A stretch of 64,000 nt of DNA from Octopus vulgaris (GCA_951406725.2 OX597815.1:61256001-61320000); one strand, 5' to 3'. Shown: positions 26,590-40,859, numbered from the stretch's first letter. Program-made: numbers and translations. The notes: generated by a model not told the origin, from the sequence alone.

Positions 26590-26897
26590 TGTGTGTGTGT
26601 GTGTGTGCCAGTCGGTATGAAACCTTGGGTTCCAGAAAGTTAACAAGTTCTAACAGAAATTATGTATGTATGAATGTTATATAGTTAGAAAGTTTCCATT
26701 AGGAGTGTTTCGATCCCTGCCGAAGACGACAAGAGGACGAACCGATCGTGGTGCAAGCTTTTAAATTTATATAGACAGTGAAAAAATTAGTAAAGTAGAG
26801 CATATGACCGGAAAATATGAGGAAAATAAGTGATGCTGATGGTGGTAGGACAAACGGAGAAATTTTGTCTGCAGCTATTGCGTTTTTGGTTTTGGCG

Positions 26898-26944
<47 letters not shown>

Positions 26945-27132
26945 GGTGGTGGTGGTAGAAGAAGAAGAAGAAGAAGAAGAAGAAGACGAAGAAGAAGAAG
27001 AAGAAGAAGAAGAAGAAGAAGAAGAAGAAGAAGAAGAAGAAACGGAAGAAGAAGAAGAAGAAGAAGAAGAAGAAGAAAGAAGAAGAAACGGAAGAAGAAG
27101 AAGAAGAAGAAGAAGAAGAAGAAGAAGAAGAT
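26898..27132. repeat. (GTA)n-(GTG)n-(GAA)n compound microsatellite
   Basis: Direct reading. Confidence 0.95.
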
Positions 27133-28623
27133 TGTAGAAATGCTGGTAGTAATGTTAAGGTGGTGATGTTTATGAACAGGTTCTGGAAGTAGGAGGCGAT
27201 GAATGAAGCGGAAGGGAAAAATATGGAGGGGGGTGGTTGCACGTGAAGGGAGGGGCAAAATGAAGATGAGCTGAAATAGTGATGTTGATGATGATGATGA
27301 TGATGATGATGATGAGGAGGAGGAGGAGGAGGAGGAGGAGTGGGAAGGAGGAGGAGGAGTGGGAAGAAGGAGGAGGAGGAGTGGGAAGGAGGGGAGTAAA
27401 ATAATGAAGGAAGAGTGTAGGATATTGCTGATAATTTCTATAGTAATAACGATTGTAGAGGTGGTGATGTTGGTGGTGGTGACAGCAGCAAGAAGCAGCG
27501 GCGATGTGGACGAGGTGAGATGATGATGATGATGATGATGACGACGGCAACAACGATGATGGGGATGATGATGGTATGGAGGTGATGTTAGTGGTGGTGA
27601 TGGTGGTGAGTGCATCAACTGTGATGGCGGTGGGGTTTGTGATAATGAGGACAAGGAGGATGAGGAGGATAATGATAATGATTATGGCGGACGAAAAGTG
27701 GGAGGAGAAATTAGGAGGAGCAGTAGGGAGTGGAAAGAGGGAGGAGGGGTGATATGTAGATGTGTGACTGTGTGCTTCTTGTATTCGTGTTAATGTGTGT
27801 GTGTAAATTTCTGTGTATGTGCCTGTATGTGAGTGCTATGTGTGTGTTTCTGTATGTACGTGTTAACTTGTGTGTGTATATGTGCATGTGTGTGTGTATG
27901 TGTGAGTGTGTATGGCGTAATGGAGGTTAGTGAATATGTCTTTGGTGTTGCCACCATTAAACGAACTTTGTCGTGTTGTGAAGTCTGAGGTGCTCCTTTG
28001 ATCATCACCACCACCATCACCACTATCACCATTCTTATCATCACCACCATCATCATCATCATCATCCTCATCATCATCATCATCACCACCACCACCACCA
28101 CCACCATCATTCTAATGTTCATCGTCGTCGCTGACGATATAACTGAGTGATGAAAAAAAATGAGAAGAGAAAGAGAGAGAGAGACAGACAGACGGAGAGA
28201 AAGATTCAGACTGACAGAGAGACGAGGAAACTGAGAGAGAGAGAGTGAGACAGAAAAGAGTATGTGGCAGATAGACAGTGAAAGTTTGGCAATCAAATGG
28301 ACAGAAAGAGAGATCGACAGACAGACAAGACAATGAGAAGAGGACGTGAGAGATAGATAGACAGACGGTCAGACAGAGAAACAAAGAAGGAAAAAGGGAG
28401 AGATAGGGAGACAGACAAGATGGACAGACCCAAAGAGCAGGTTGCTTGGCTGCATGACTGCTTGGTTGCTTCCTTCATTATTTAGTTGCCCAATAGCATG
28501 GTTCTTTGGCTGCCTGGTTGCTTTGTTAATATGAATTCCATCATGTGTAACCGAAGAATCTCTAAAACAGTCTGACTTGGCTGCTCGAGCAGCTAGGAAT
28601 AGCAGCCAAATATCCCTCAAAAA

Positions 28624-28683
28624 ATATCATGTAAAAGATATCATGTGAAAGATATCATGTGAACGATATCATGTAAAAGATAC
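28624..28683. repeat. 14-bp tandem repeat GATATCATGT(A/G)AAA, about 4 copies
   Basis: Direct reading. Confidence 0.85.
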
Positions 28684-29217
28684 AGTGGGTAGTGTAGTCT
28701 AGGAAACAGATTTCCTGAAAAACTAACGATCATAGCCAAACGGCTAGGAACAAGTTTCTGCAGGGTTTTGGCTGACCTGGAATCGTCATCGCCAACAATA
28801 ACAATGTAGAGTCTGACTGATTGATATACAGAATGTGTGTATATGTGTGTATAGACGTGTTTCAAAGAAACACCACCTAATTCAAGCAAAATTCAAGTCT
28901 TCGTAAAGTGCTAAATTCAAATTGAATCAAGTATGTATCACAGATATTACTAAAGTGTAAGTAGTAAGGAGTGACTCTGTAGGGGAAGGGAATGAAACAA
29001 TGTGTAAAGAGCTGAAGTAAATAGCACAAGGTATTTCTTCTGACAACAAAGCAATTCCTTGAACATAATAGCACAGACTGGTAGTTTACCTCTGGACATC
29101 CGAAAGGATTAAAAGAAATTGGTTTGGCGTGAGTCGAATTGAGAATGACGAGAGATGCGAACGGCAAACCCTTCCATCGGAAGATATAAATACTTTGCCA
29201 ATTCACTTTCTATATTG

Positions 29218-29271
<54 letters not shown>

Positions 29272-29364
29272 ACACACACACACACACATATTCGACACTT
29301 CCAGATACAAAGAAAAAAAAAAACAGATGTTTGCTTACAATATGTTGCTGTATATATATAAATA

Positions 29365-29437
29365 CCCGGTCAGGGAATCAAACCCACTATCTTGCAAATG
29401 TGAGTGCAATACTTTAACCACTAGGCCAAGCACCCTC
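29365..29437 (-). mobile_element. tRNA-like SINE head
   Basis: Minus strand TGGCCTAGTGG (A box) and GGTTTGATTCC (B box). Confidence 0.6.
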
Positions 29438-29450
29438 ACCTATCTATCTG

Positions 29451-29510
<60 letters not shown>

Positions 29511-29512
<2 letters not shown>

Positions 29513-31010
29513 CCTAAAAGGTCGACGAACACGTACATCGCGGCCGTTATCTACTACCGCCTGACCGTCGTGCCTTGTCCCGACCCTACCATCACCAAAC
29601 TAGAACGCATTCTCTTTCGCTTCTTGTGGAAAGGATGCGTCCCGATGGTCAGGCGATCCATTTGCTGTCAACACCCGTTAAAAGGAGGACTGGGCATGCC
29701 GTGGTTGATGATGCGCAGACACGCGCTGAAACTGCGACATCTCGGGCTCTTCGTAGACGACGGTGAACAGGTGTGGTCGCCGTTTGTGAGGCACGCTTTC
29801 CCGCAGCTCGTCTCCATGACCGAACTGCAATCGTGGATCAAAAAGAGGCCGAGGAAGGGCGAATGGCACCGCGAGTGTCGCGTTGCTCTCAAGCAACTCT
29901 GCCGTCCTGGGTCAACCTTGAGTGACTCCATCGCAACCAAAGCATTCTATAGGGAATTAGTGGAGGGGAGGTACGACGACGAGCTCGGGGCGAACCTGGA
30001 CGTCGACGAGGAATACCTGACCCGCCTGTTCAGGAGGACTTTCGGGCCAGGGCCCATGGACAACTTCCAGAGATCCCTGGCCTGGCTGTGCTACCGAGAG
30101 GCGCTACCCGTTCGGGATAAGCTCTACAGACACGGCTCAAGAAACACGGGGCTAACCTGCCCGAGATGCGGTCAGAGCGACGAAACCGTTCTGCACGCAC
30201 TCGTGCAGTGTCCAACAATTTCCGACCTGTGGGCTTATGTCGAACAACTGCTGTCACGTGTGGGACGAGTCGGTTTATCAGCCGAGTCTATCGTCAATAT
30301 TGTCACGCCTCCTTCCTTCAAACGGGAAGGAAGAGCTATTTTCATCATCCTTGTTGCTATGGCGAAAGAATGTATCTGGTGGATGCGTCTGAAAGGATTG
30401 GAGACAAACACTTTCCTCTCTGGTCAATCTCTCACCAACTTCTTCAAGTACCACTTGAAAAGGAAAGTGAGAGTAGAGAGGCAAGTTTTGTCTAGCGAAC
30501 GTTTTAAAAAAAGATGTGTGAATGTAGCAAGGATGGCACGTATGAATGACGAAGCCACCTTAAGCACAATCCTATGAACCCAGAAATTGAAAACAGAGGG
30601 TTACCCACTTGCAAACAAATGTGGTAACATATAACAATATTGACCAAGGTTATCGTGGTCTTTTTCGTAGGCTTTTCTTCCCACGGATAAACCTTACTTG
30701 CTTTCCCCTTTACACCATACATCATAACACTGTGATACACGATCCCTATTGATCGTTTTTTTTTGTTGTTTTTTTCCTCTTCCCCTTTTTTCTTTCCTTT
30801 GTTTTCTTCTTTTTTTCATTTCTCTTTTCTTTTTTCCTTTTTTCTTTTTTTCATTCTTTTTTTATTCTTTGTTCTTTTTTCCCACTTACGATCCCTTTTG
30901 ATCGAAAACCTACGCCACCTTTTTTTTGTTTCTTTTGTTTTTTGTTTTTTCATCCCCTAAAAGAAAAGATCTACCATCTGTGTGCAGCCCTGTGTGGCCA
31001 ATAAAGAAAC
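29511..31010 (+). mobile_element. 5'-truncated young Tx1-clade LINE (ORF2 C-terminus open to 30577, plus 3' UTR) within (TATC)n
   Basis: YYRLTVVPC...CPRCGQSDETVLHALVQC without stops; AATAAA at 31000; (TATC)n on both flanks. Confidence 0.93.
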
Positions 31011-31105
31011 TTATCTATTTATCTATCTATCTATCTATATCTATAGACAGATAGATATACAGGTATGTTGGTGCAAACACGAAAAATAGAATTCAAAATA
31101 TGCGG

Positions 31106-31203
<98 letters not shown>

Positions 31204-31790
31204 GTTAAATTTATAAATAATTTACAAAATAAGGGCAAAAGAAAAATTCTAATGCCAAATATGCCGAAACAAAAATCCTCTTCAGCGGCAAATACGCGAG
31301 ATATAAGTGAAATACTTACTCACACCCATGGAAAAAGCAAGCGCTAAGTCCTGAGCAGACCTAAGTACCCCAAATATATCCAAAATAGAAAATCTTCGGC
31401 ACATCTCGAGACACGTGTGATTCGAACTAGAAACTTTCACAGAATGAGAGAATCCGGAAGTGAACACTATTCAATTTATAATTAATGTAGGATAAAATTA
31501 TTTTCGGGAAAAAAATTTCATCAATGGCCAGCATATCAAAAAATACCTTTAAAGGTTAAATTTATAAATAATTTACAAAATAAGGGCAAAAGAAAAATTC
31601 TAATGCCAAATATGCCGGAGTTAATTCATAAGAATTTTCTCCTCTTCACCGGCAAATACGCGAGATATAAGTGAAATACTTACTCACACCAATGGAAAAA
31701 GCAACCACTAAGTCCTGAGCAGACCTAAGTACAGGACTTAGTGCTTGCTTTTTCCATGGGTGTGAGTAAGTATTTCACTTATATCTCGCG

Positions 31791-31855
31791 TATTTGTCGC
31801 TGAAGAGGAGAAAATTCTTATGAATTAACTCCGAAATTGGACCAATACAGTAATA
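31791..31855 (+). ncRNA. Type I hammerhead ribozyme-like motif (weak stem I)
   Basis: CTGAAGA at 31800, GGAG/CTCC stem II, GAAA at 31833, TTGG-A-CCAA stem III, ATA cleavage triplet. Confidence 0.55.
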
Positions 31856-32114
31856 ACGAATTTTCTATCGGTGTGTTTCGAGACACATAAATTATAATGG
31901 TTATTGACAATTTTTGTTTCGGCATATTCGGCATTAGAATTTTTCTTTTGCCCTTATTTTGTAAATTCTATGTATATATCTTTAGTAATATTTAGCAGAA
32001 GTAAAACTTGATAAGTGCCAGCGTAACTCTGTTACTTCTGTTAAAAATAAAACATGTGTGTGTGTGTGTGTGTGGATGTGCGTGCGTGTGTGTCCCGCCC
32101 CCCACCACCACCAC

Positions 32115-32290
32115 CATCGATTAAAAACCGATGCTGGTGTGTTTAGGTTACCGTAACTTAGCGGTTCGGCAAAAGACACCGATAGAATAAGTACTAGGCT
32201 TACAAAGAATAAGTCCTGGAGTCTATTTGTTCGACTAGAGACGGTGCTCCAGCATGGTCACAGTCAAATGACTGAAACAAATAAAAGACT
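32115..32290 (+). mobile_element. SINE family 2, 3' half
   Basis: ACCGATGCTGGTGTG...GGTGCTCCAGCATGG..CAGTCAAATGACTGAAACA, shared with 35450-35836. Confidence 0.8.
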
Positions 32291-32320
32291 TTATATATAT
32301 ACTCGCATATACATGAATAC

Positions 32321-32366
<46 letters not shown>

Positions 32367-32639
32367 ATGTATATATATATATATATATATATTTTTCGGG
32401 AAAAAAATTTTATCAATGGCCAGCATATCAAAAATACCTTTAAAGGTTAAATTTATAAATAATTTACAAAATAAGGGCAAAAGAAAAATTCTAATGCCAA
32501 ATATGCCGAAACAAAAATCCTCTTCAGCGGCAAATACGCGAGATATAAGTGAAATGCTTACTCACACCCATGGAAAAAGCAAGCACTAAGTCCTGAGCAG
32601 ACCTATATATATGTGTGTGTGTGTATACATACATATTTC

Positions 32640-33075
32640 TTCATTGTCTAAACATAGAGGGTCAAACAAGGATTGACAAAGGGAATTACAGCGAGCCCAG
32701 TGCTTAACTTGTACTTATTTAATCGACCTTGAAAAAATGAAAGGCAAAGTCGACCGCCGCGGAATTTGAACTCAAAACGTAATGGCAGACAAAATACTGC
32801 TAAGCATTTCGCCCGGCATGCTAGCGATTCTGCCAGCTCGCTGCTCTATACATACGTATATATTCTTTTCTGCTCTAGGCACAAGGCCCGAAATTTTGTG
32901 GGAGGGGGCCAGTCGATTAGATCGACAACTGTACGCAATTGGTACCTAATTTATCGACCCCGAAAGACGAAGAGCAAAGTCGACCTCGGCGGAATTTGAA
33001 ATCAGAAAGTAAAGTCAGACGAAGTACTGCTAAGCATTTCACCCAGCGTACTAACGTTTCTGCCAGCTCGCCGCC
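32640..33075 (-). mobile_element. Two adjacent SINE family 1 copies (32640-32845 with Tx1-type tail; 32865-33075 with tail type A)
   Basis: Both contain AAAGTCGACC..GCGGAATTTGAA...CTGCCAGCTCG. Confidence 0.85.
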
Positions 33076-33102
33076 CTATACATACGTATATACACACACA
33101 TG

Positions 33103-33174
<72 letters not shown>

Positions 33175-33758
33175 ACAGCAGCAGCAGCGGCGACGGTAGT
33201 AGTGTTGGACAAATAATTTCAGCGTCGTGAGGAAGTGTGAGGTAGAGTGAGATGGGAGAAAAAATCGAGAAAAAGTGTGCGAGTTGGGGAAACAACAGAG
33301 AGAGAGAGAGAGAGATAAAGAGAGTGAGAGTGAGGGGGAGAGGGAGGGAGAGAGAGAATGACGTGTGTAAGAGCAAAGGGAAGTGTCAATAAAATAGTTA
33401 TAAAAAAATGTTTGCTGTAAATGTTAAAACGGCACATAAATAAAACGAAAACATAGGTGAGCAGTTCGCCAAGTTCAACCGCCTTGGATGTGTGTGTGTT
33501 TGTGTGTATATTCATATATATGTGTGTATGTGTGTGTGTATGTATACATGTGTATGTGTATTTGCGTATAAAACTTGTGTATACACAAACACGTACAGAA
33601 ACGTGTATATATATATGTATATATATATATATATATATATACTGTCAGGATATAAATGTAAATATATAACTGAATGTTAACACGACTGCACACCCCCATA
33701 CACACAGACATACACACATACACACACACGCATGCACCCATACATATATGTATATATA

Positions 33759-33900
33759 TATTTGTAATATAATATGTGACAATTATTCGGTTGCCATGAT
33801 AAAACTCCGAGTTTCGGATGCCGGTGCGGAACCCTACACCGGCATCTCTTCGAGTTTTATCTTGGCAACCGAATAATTGTCCCATATTATATTACAAATA
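33759..33900 (-). repeat. Long fold-back (about 50-bp outer stem, 10-bp inner stem) with a hammerhead-like junction
   Basis: TATTTGTAATATAATATG...GATAAAACTC pairs with GAGTTTTATC...CATATTATATTACAAATA; inner GATGCCGGTG/CACCGGCATC. Confidence 0.8.
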
Positions 33901-33954
33901 AATTCCTCTATTTACATAATATCGAGGTCTCTTTCCTTCTTTTGTTGTCTTACC

Positions 33955-34235
33955 ATTACCTTTAAACATTCAGAAAAGAGGTCAAGAACCGCCTTTGCGA
34001 AACAAGTCTGGCAACTCACAGGAAAAGGGATGCCATGTAACATCAAATGGCAAATTCTGGATAGGTCCAAGCTGTATATCAGAGGAACAAAGAGATGTGC
34101 TCTTTGCCTAACAGAGAAGCCCCGGATATTGCAGGGATTAAAATCGCCGAGAACACTGAGTAGCAGTTATTATGTCGACATTTTGACGCCCGGCGCGAAT
34201 CATCATAATACCGGTAACACTTTTGCAATATTCTG
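33955..34235 (+). mobile_element. Penelope-like endonuclease C-terminal fragment
   Basis: FKHSEKR..AKQVWQL..IKWQILDRSKLYIRGTKRCALCLTEK is typical of PLE EN C-termini. Confidence 0.75.
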
Positions 34236-34802
34236 GAAAGAAAGGAGACGACGTATCAGTACATTTAGTCTGAACTTCCTGAATGTGTGTGTGGGTGTGT
34301 GTGTGTGTGTGTTTAATTAATAGCGACAACTTCATACCAAAAGGCTATCTTTATATCCATCTCAGCATGGATGTTTTGTTAGAACACCAAGTACTGAATT
34401 ATTCATCTTGAGAGGACCTCTTATATGGACGCACTGAGCATGAAAGCACTCGTATTTATATCGTCGGCAAACAAGAATCGTCTTCTACGGGCACTGGAAC
34501 GGCCTATTACGCAATTTTGACCCTGCGGTCTCTTCAGTTGCAGATATCTGATAGCCGTATAACAGCCAAATCTCATTGAATTTCAGTATCTTTTCAGGCA
34601 GTGACGTCGCAAATAGATTATCAAAAATAATTAATAACGATGCCGTTAGTAGACGATTCTCATCTGCCAATGATAAAAATGTGGTACATCATGCTTTTAT
34701 GCACCATGCGTCCATATGAGATGTTCTCTCAAGGTAAATACTGCACTATTAGCCGCACTATTAGCTGTTCTAACAAAGCATCCATGGGTATAAAGATTGC
34801 TA

Positions 34803-34849
<47 letters not shown>

Positions 34850-35396
34850 AAAGTTATCCACTCTTGACCTAAAAAGACAATCACTGACCACTATCCATGC
34901 AAAATGTCAACAACGGCTGTACAAAACTTTTGGTCCAGTGAAGCTTATAAGACACCTCATAGACCCTCTCCACCCTATTGACATGTTCCAGAGACATGGT
35001 CCAATATTTAATGCCAATATAGGTCGCAGGCTCAGGATTGTGGGTACGCCATAATTTCAAGAGCAAGTAAAAGATTCTTAAAATGTCCAGTGCCATTCCC
35101 TGCATACCCGGTTTTATATCAAAGTGACCTTCTACAGACATGTTTTAATAAAAGCTGACGGTTGCCTCATTCCCAGGTCTTCCAGGCTGCCGAGCACCTA
35201 CCCAGATTATCAAAGGGCCTGCCCAATTACAATATAGTCGTTGAATTTACACTAGGTTCATCCCTCCTTTTGAGAGGTCTTGTTTTTAGTCCTGCTGCGT
35301 CCTTAGCAACTCTCTTTAACAGGTTAGCCTAGTGGTGGTGGGAGAGGGCGGTCCTGTAACCGTAAACCCGCCCATACAACAGGTTGTATCCGACAT

Positions 35397-35447
<51 letters not shown>

Positions 35448-35451
<4 letters not shown>

Positions 35452-35836
35452 TGTGTGGTAAGTAGCTTACTTACGAACAACATGGTTCCGGGTTCAGTCC
35501 CACTGCGTGGCACCTTGGGCAAGTGTCTTCTACTATAGCCTTGGCTCGACCAAAGCCTTGTGAGTGGATTTGGTAGACGGAAACTGAAAGAAGCCCGTCG
35601 TATAAATGTATATATATATGTATGTATGTGTATATGTTTGTGTGTCTGTGTTTGTCCCCCAACATCGCTTGACAACCGATGGTGGTGTATTTACGTCCCG
35701 CGACCAAGCGGTTCGGCAAAAGACACCGATAGAACAAGTACTAGACTTACAAAGAATAAGTTTTGGGGTCGATTTACTCGACTAAAGGCGGTGCTCCAGC
35801 ATGGCCACAGTCAAATGACTGAAACAAATAAAAGAG
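35448..35836 (+). mobile_element. tRNA-derived CORE-like SINE (family 2), full length
   Basis: GGTTCAGTCC B box; GTGGCACCTTGGGCAAGTG resembles the CORE domain; internal (TA/TG)n; conserved tail. Confidence 0.85.
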
Positions 35837-36810
<974 letters not shown>

Positions 36811-36823
36811 TATATATATTATA

Positions 36824-36860
<37 letters not shown>

Positions 36861-37398
36861 CAAAATAAGCAACAAGGATATCCAGAGATAATGCAGTACG
36901 ACCGTTTCATGCGACTCCATTTAATTGAACAATACAAATATTACACCATTTTGAACTATATGGATAATACCATACTGAATTCTAGTGCCTTTAACTTAAG
37001 TACCATATTCCAACTGAATTTAATTTTACTGAACTTATATATATATATATATATCGTTTTTGGATTTGGTTTGCAAGATTCTTTATATGAGTTCGTGTAT
37101 TGAAGCATATTCTGCTGTGTCTGGGGAGAGTCATTCTCTTTTAGTGCCTTATTATTTAACACACTCACCGGTAAAATTTCCACTTATTTCTTATTTTTAT
37201 TTTCTAAAATTTTCGTTGCGTCTTGCAACCTTTTCAATAGTCTTGACTCTGTCCGTTATTTACACTGCGTTCCCTTTTGCTTGTTTGTGTGCATGTGTGT
37301 AGGTCAGTGGGTCAGTATGTGTATGTGCCTATACATGCATGCATGTAGGTATGTATGTGTGTGTGTATTTGTATGTATGTATATATGTGTGTGTATGC

Positions 37399-37429
<31 letters not shown>

Positions 37430-37984
37430 TGTATGTATGTATGTATGTATGTATGAATGTGTGTGTGTGTGCATCTGTATGTACGTATCCTGTATATTTA
37501 TGTGCTTGCCTGTCCGTGTTTGAGTATTTTCTATGTATGTGTGTGTGAGCATGTGTTTGTATATGTATGCACCTCTGTCTCCTTGTGTGTGTGTGTTATG
37601 TAACTATGTACCATGTTTGTATGTATGGATGTGCATCTTTATATGTGTGGATCCATGTCTCCATATGTGTCTGATCATATAGTCTATATACCTATCCGTC
37701 TGTATATTGATCTGTTTATTTACATATCTAAATGTTTACATACAGAAATAAAAAATAAGAAATAATACAAAAATATTTAAAAACATTTTTAAATATTTTA
37801 AAATATTTTAAAAATATAAAAAATATTTTTTAAATATAAAATTTTATTTTTAATATTTAAAAGAAGGCATACATACACACTCACACCCACATACATACAT
37901 ACATTTATCTACCTGACTGTCCACTAACTATTCTACTCTACCTGTGTAAATTGTGGCTATGGTGGTATGGTATTTATTGTGTAT

Positions 37985-40330
37985 ATTTCCTATTTAATAT
38001 TGGGGAGGTTTCATTTATAAGGACGTACTCCCGTGTTTGTCTGAGTGTTGGGTCTTTTGGGTGCATGGATAAGATGCGGATGTCAAGTTGACCCAAGTCA
38101 CCTCCATGGTGGTCTTTGGCATATTAGTAGAGTATGGAGGACTGCTTTCTGTCGTCATATTGTCTTAGATGTTCATTTATCCGTTCCGCAATGCTCCTAG
38201 ACGTCTCCTCTATGTACATCATGTTCATGTCCTTACAAGCACCTTCTATGCATCTTATGCTGTAAACTACATTTCGAGTTCTACAGTTAATACCAGGGCT
38301 AATTCTGCATACCATGCAGTTATCATTGGTGCATATGGTATTCTTAAACGGGTACGTCCTACATAGTTGTGATCTGACGGAGTTCCCTGGCTTTTCAACA
38401 ATTTTAATATTGAGTTTGGTCTCCTTCAGAGCTTTTCTAAATCTACGGGCTAGTTCTCCATGGGTTGTGGCCTCCTTGATATTTGTCGGTTTTATACCAC
38501 GTGTTCGCCCTGTTTGCTTTGTCACAAGTTCTTTGTATTCTATTCCATTCTTTGTTTCTATATCTAGGGCAGGTACCACTGGTATCATTACGTATAATGT
38601 TATCTAATTTCTCTCTAGCCCCCCCCCCCTGTATTCACGAACCCTATCTTTCTGATCATATCCAGAGAACTGAATGCGGTGTATGAAGTTCTGTATATGT
38701 TTCTTCATTTCATAGGGTTCGCATAGTGGGGGCACGTTGTTCATTATTCTAACTAGGTCTGCTATTAGTATGTTAATTTTCCTGTAGTGTGACAAAGCTG
38801 AGTTCTTGTGAACAACATATTTTGAAGTTACAGGTTTCATGTAATAAGAGTGGAGGAGCTGCACTCTATTGTTCACAGTCTCTAACCAAAGTTCAGTATC
38901 ATGTACAGGGAGTCTATTGTTAGGGTTTTTAGTGGGGTAATCTATAGTAACCTTGATACTTTGGTGAATGAAGTTAGCTATTTGCTGGATGCTCTCCATT
39001 ATGTTCTTCTCAGTCTCTACATTACCGTCACTAGAGTTGGTTCTAACTATTATATTAATGTCATCTACATATCTACTGTAGAGTAGAAGAGTTATGGACT
39101 GTTCTGATAACATTTGTTTAAATTTTATGTCCCACCATGTCATGAAGAGGCCAGCTATACCTACACCAGTGGCTGCTCCTTGAACCTGCATGTAAAGTTT
39201 TTTTTTTATTAAACTTTACTATGTGGTTCTTCAAGGTGGTTTTTTACGCTGGCCCCTATTGCATATGCAATCATTTCCCTCACTTGATTGTTGTTCTCAA
39301 GGTTTGGGGTGGGTGCGGTCTAGCCACTCCAGCGCTTTGTGGTGCTTTTCTTCACCGCTGAAGTGGTGGTGGGTGGTCTACCTCTCTGTGACCTGGTGGG
39401 GCAGAATTTACTAAGGTCATGGTCATCTAAATAGTTATTGTCATAGCATAGTCTGAGGAGGAGACCCAGTTCCCTGGTGTTGACCTTACGGAATTCTACT
39501 TCACTTTCACAGATTGCTTGAATACATTTCTCCACAGCAAAATGTCCATAGATGGGTAGAGTGAAATTACATCCATACTACCCACTATACAACCTGTGAG
39601 GTCGTTGGTGTAGTTGCAAGTACTGATTTTACTGAGGAGATCTTCCATACTTATACAGACATCCGGAGACATCTCTATGAGAGGTCGCAATACTTGTGAG
39701 AGGAAGTAGGGCAGTCTATAGTTGCTGGAGATGTTCGCTCCGCAAACTGGTCTGGTTGGGGCCCTGCGACAGGGTTTATGTAGGGTTTGTGGTCTTTGCG
39801 TAACCCGTATAGTGTAGGAACATCATTGTTGGATGCCTGGAAATTGTGTGCCGTCCTTTTTGTAGGTTGGAGTATGTTGCACCACATTCCCATGTGTGCA
39901 TTGAGGAGTTTTTCTACTCTTTCATGTTCTTGTAGTGCAACTTCTCTCATGCTACTGATGTGTTGTTGCATGGTCTGGACATAGTTCTGTGGGCTATCTA
40001 TTGATAGTCTGCCAGACTTGTCCGTAGAGAGGCACACTAATTCTTTGTTCCTAATTCGCTGTTTTAGCTTTTGTAGGCCTTTGTCCACAGATGAGCTGAG
40101 TTGGTGGGACCCCTCCTCACTATGTTTTTTATTGGATTTGTTGTATTGATCTAAGATGTGTCAGAGTCTATTTCTAGCTAAGGAGATCTTTGCTTCTGTT
40201 TCACTGTCAATTTGGGGTGGGATACATACCCTTTAGTTTAAGGGTAAGTGTGTGGGATAGATCCTCGTCATGCCATTTGTTGTTAGGGTTATAGAAGACG
40301 GAGTGTAGAGTGTTATTACCGTTGTGGTTG
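37985..40330 (-). mobile_element. Penelope-like element (RT, Cys linker, GIY-YIG endonuclease), degenerate
   Basis: TDKSG, LYGLRKDHK, GSMDVISLYPS, FMTWWD, YSRYVDDI, YYMKP, CTNDNCMVC, NCRTRNVVYSIRC..YIEETSRSIAERINEH. Confidence 0.92.
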
Positions 40331-40859
40331 TTTAATAAATTTCGGAGGGACTTGGTATACAAATTGAAATAGTTTGGTTTACATACAACTAAAATGTTTT
40401 AGTAAAAATCTAACGATAGTTCATATGCTGGACATTTAATTAGGTGGGCATCTTCAAAATAAATGTCAGAAAATGGAAGTGAAGAACACGAGTCGGTAGG
40501 AATCGGACTCCCGACCCCATCTTCATGATGAAAAGAAAAGTATCAACAAGAAACGAGTTCAGTAATGTTTCAGTTGAATCAACATTCATGATACTTATCT
40601 GAGACACATATGGATCAGCCGTGCTTTGCGAAACGCATAGCAGAGAAGAGTTTTGCAAAATATTTGGGAAGAAAGGGGTAATCAATATACCTTTGTGACA
40701 CACAGTCTCATCTTCCACTTCATCAGAATAAGCAACAGAGTGGCTCAAGGTAGGGGAGTTTCGTGCGTTGGCACTTACCAACGCACGAAGAGTGCGATGA
40801 ATAAATTGTTTAAATTACGCAATAATGAAAATAAAACTGATATGTCATTTTAACAGATA

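Larger units (their letters stand above)
31200..32605. repeat. Non-coding repeat unit present as direct (31200, 31510, 32395) and inverted (31735-31970) copies, containing a hammerhead-like motif
   Basis: AAAGGTTAAATTTATAAAT...GAGCAGACCT recurs three times; reverse-complement copy begins at 31735. Confidence 0.75.

Noticed and set aside
26787-27654. Long acidic and Ser/Phe-rich ORFs
   Set aside because: Compound trinucleotide repeats
29129-29510. Apparent N-terminal extension making a 482-aa fusion ORF
   Set aside because: Chance open frame through (CA)n, a SINE head and (TATC)n upstream of a truncated LINE
40440-40781. 113-aa minus-strand ORF in unique sequence
   Set aside because: No recognisable domain or consistent splice structure
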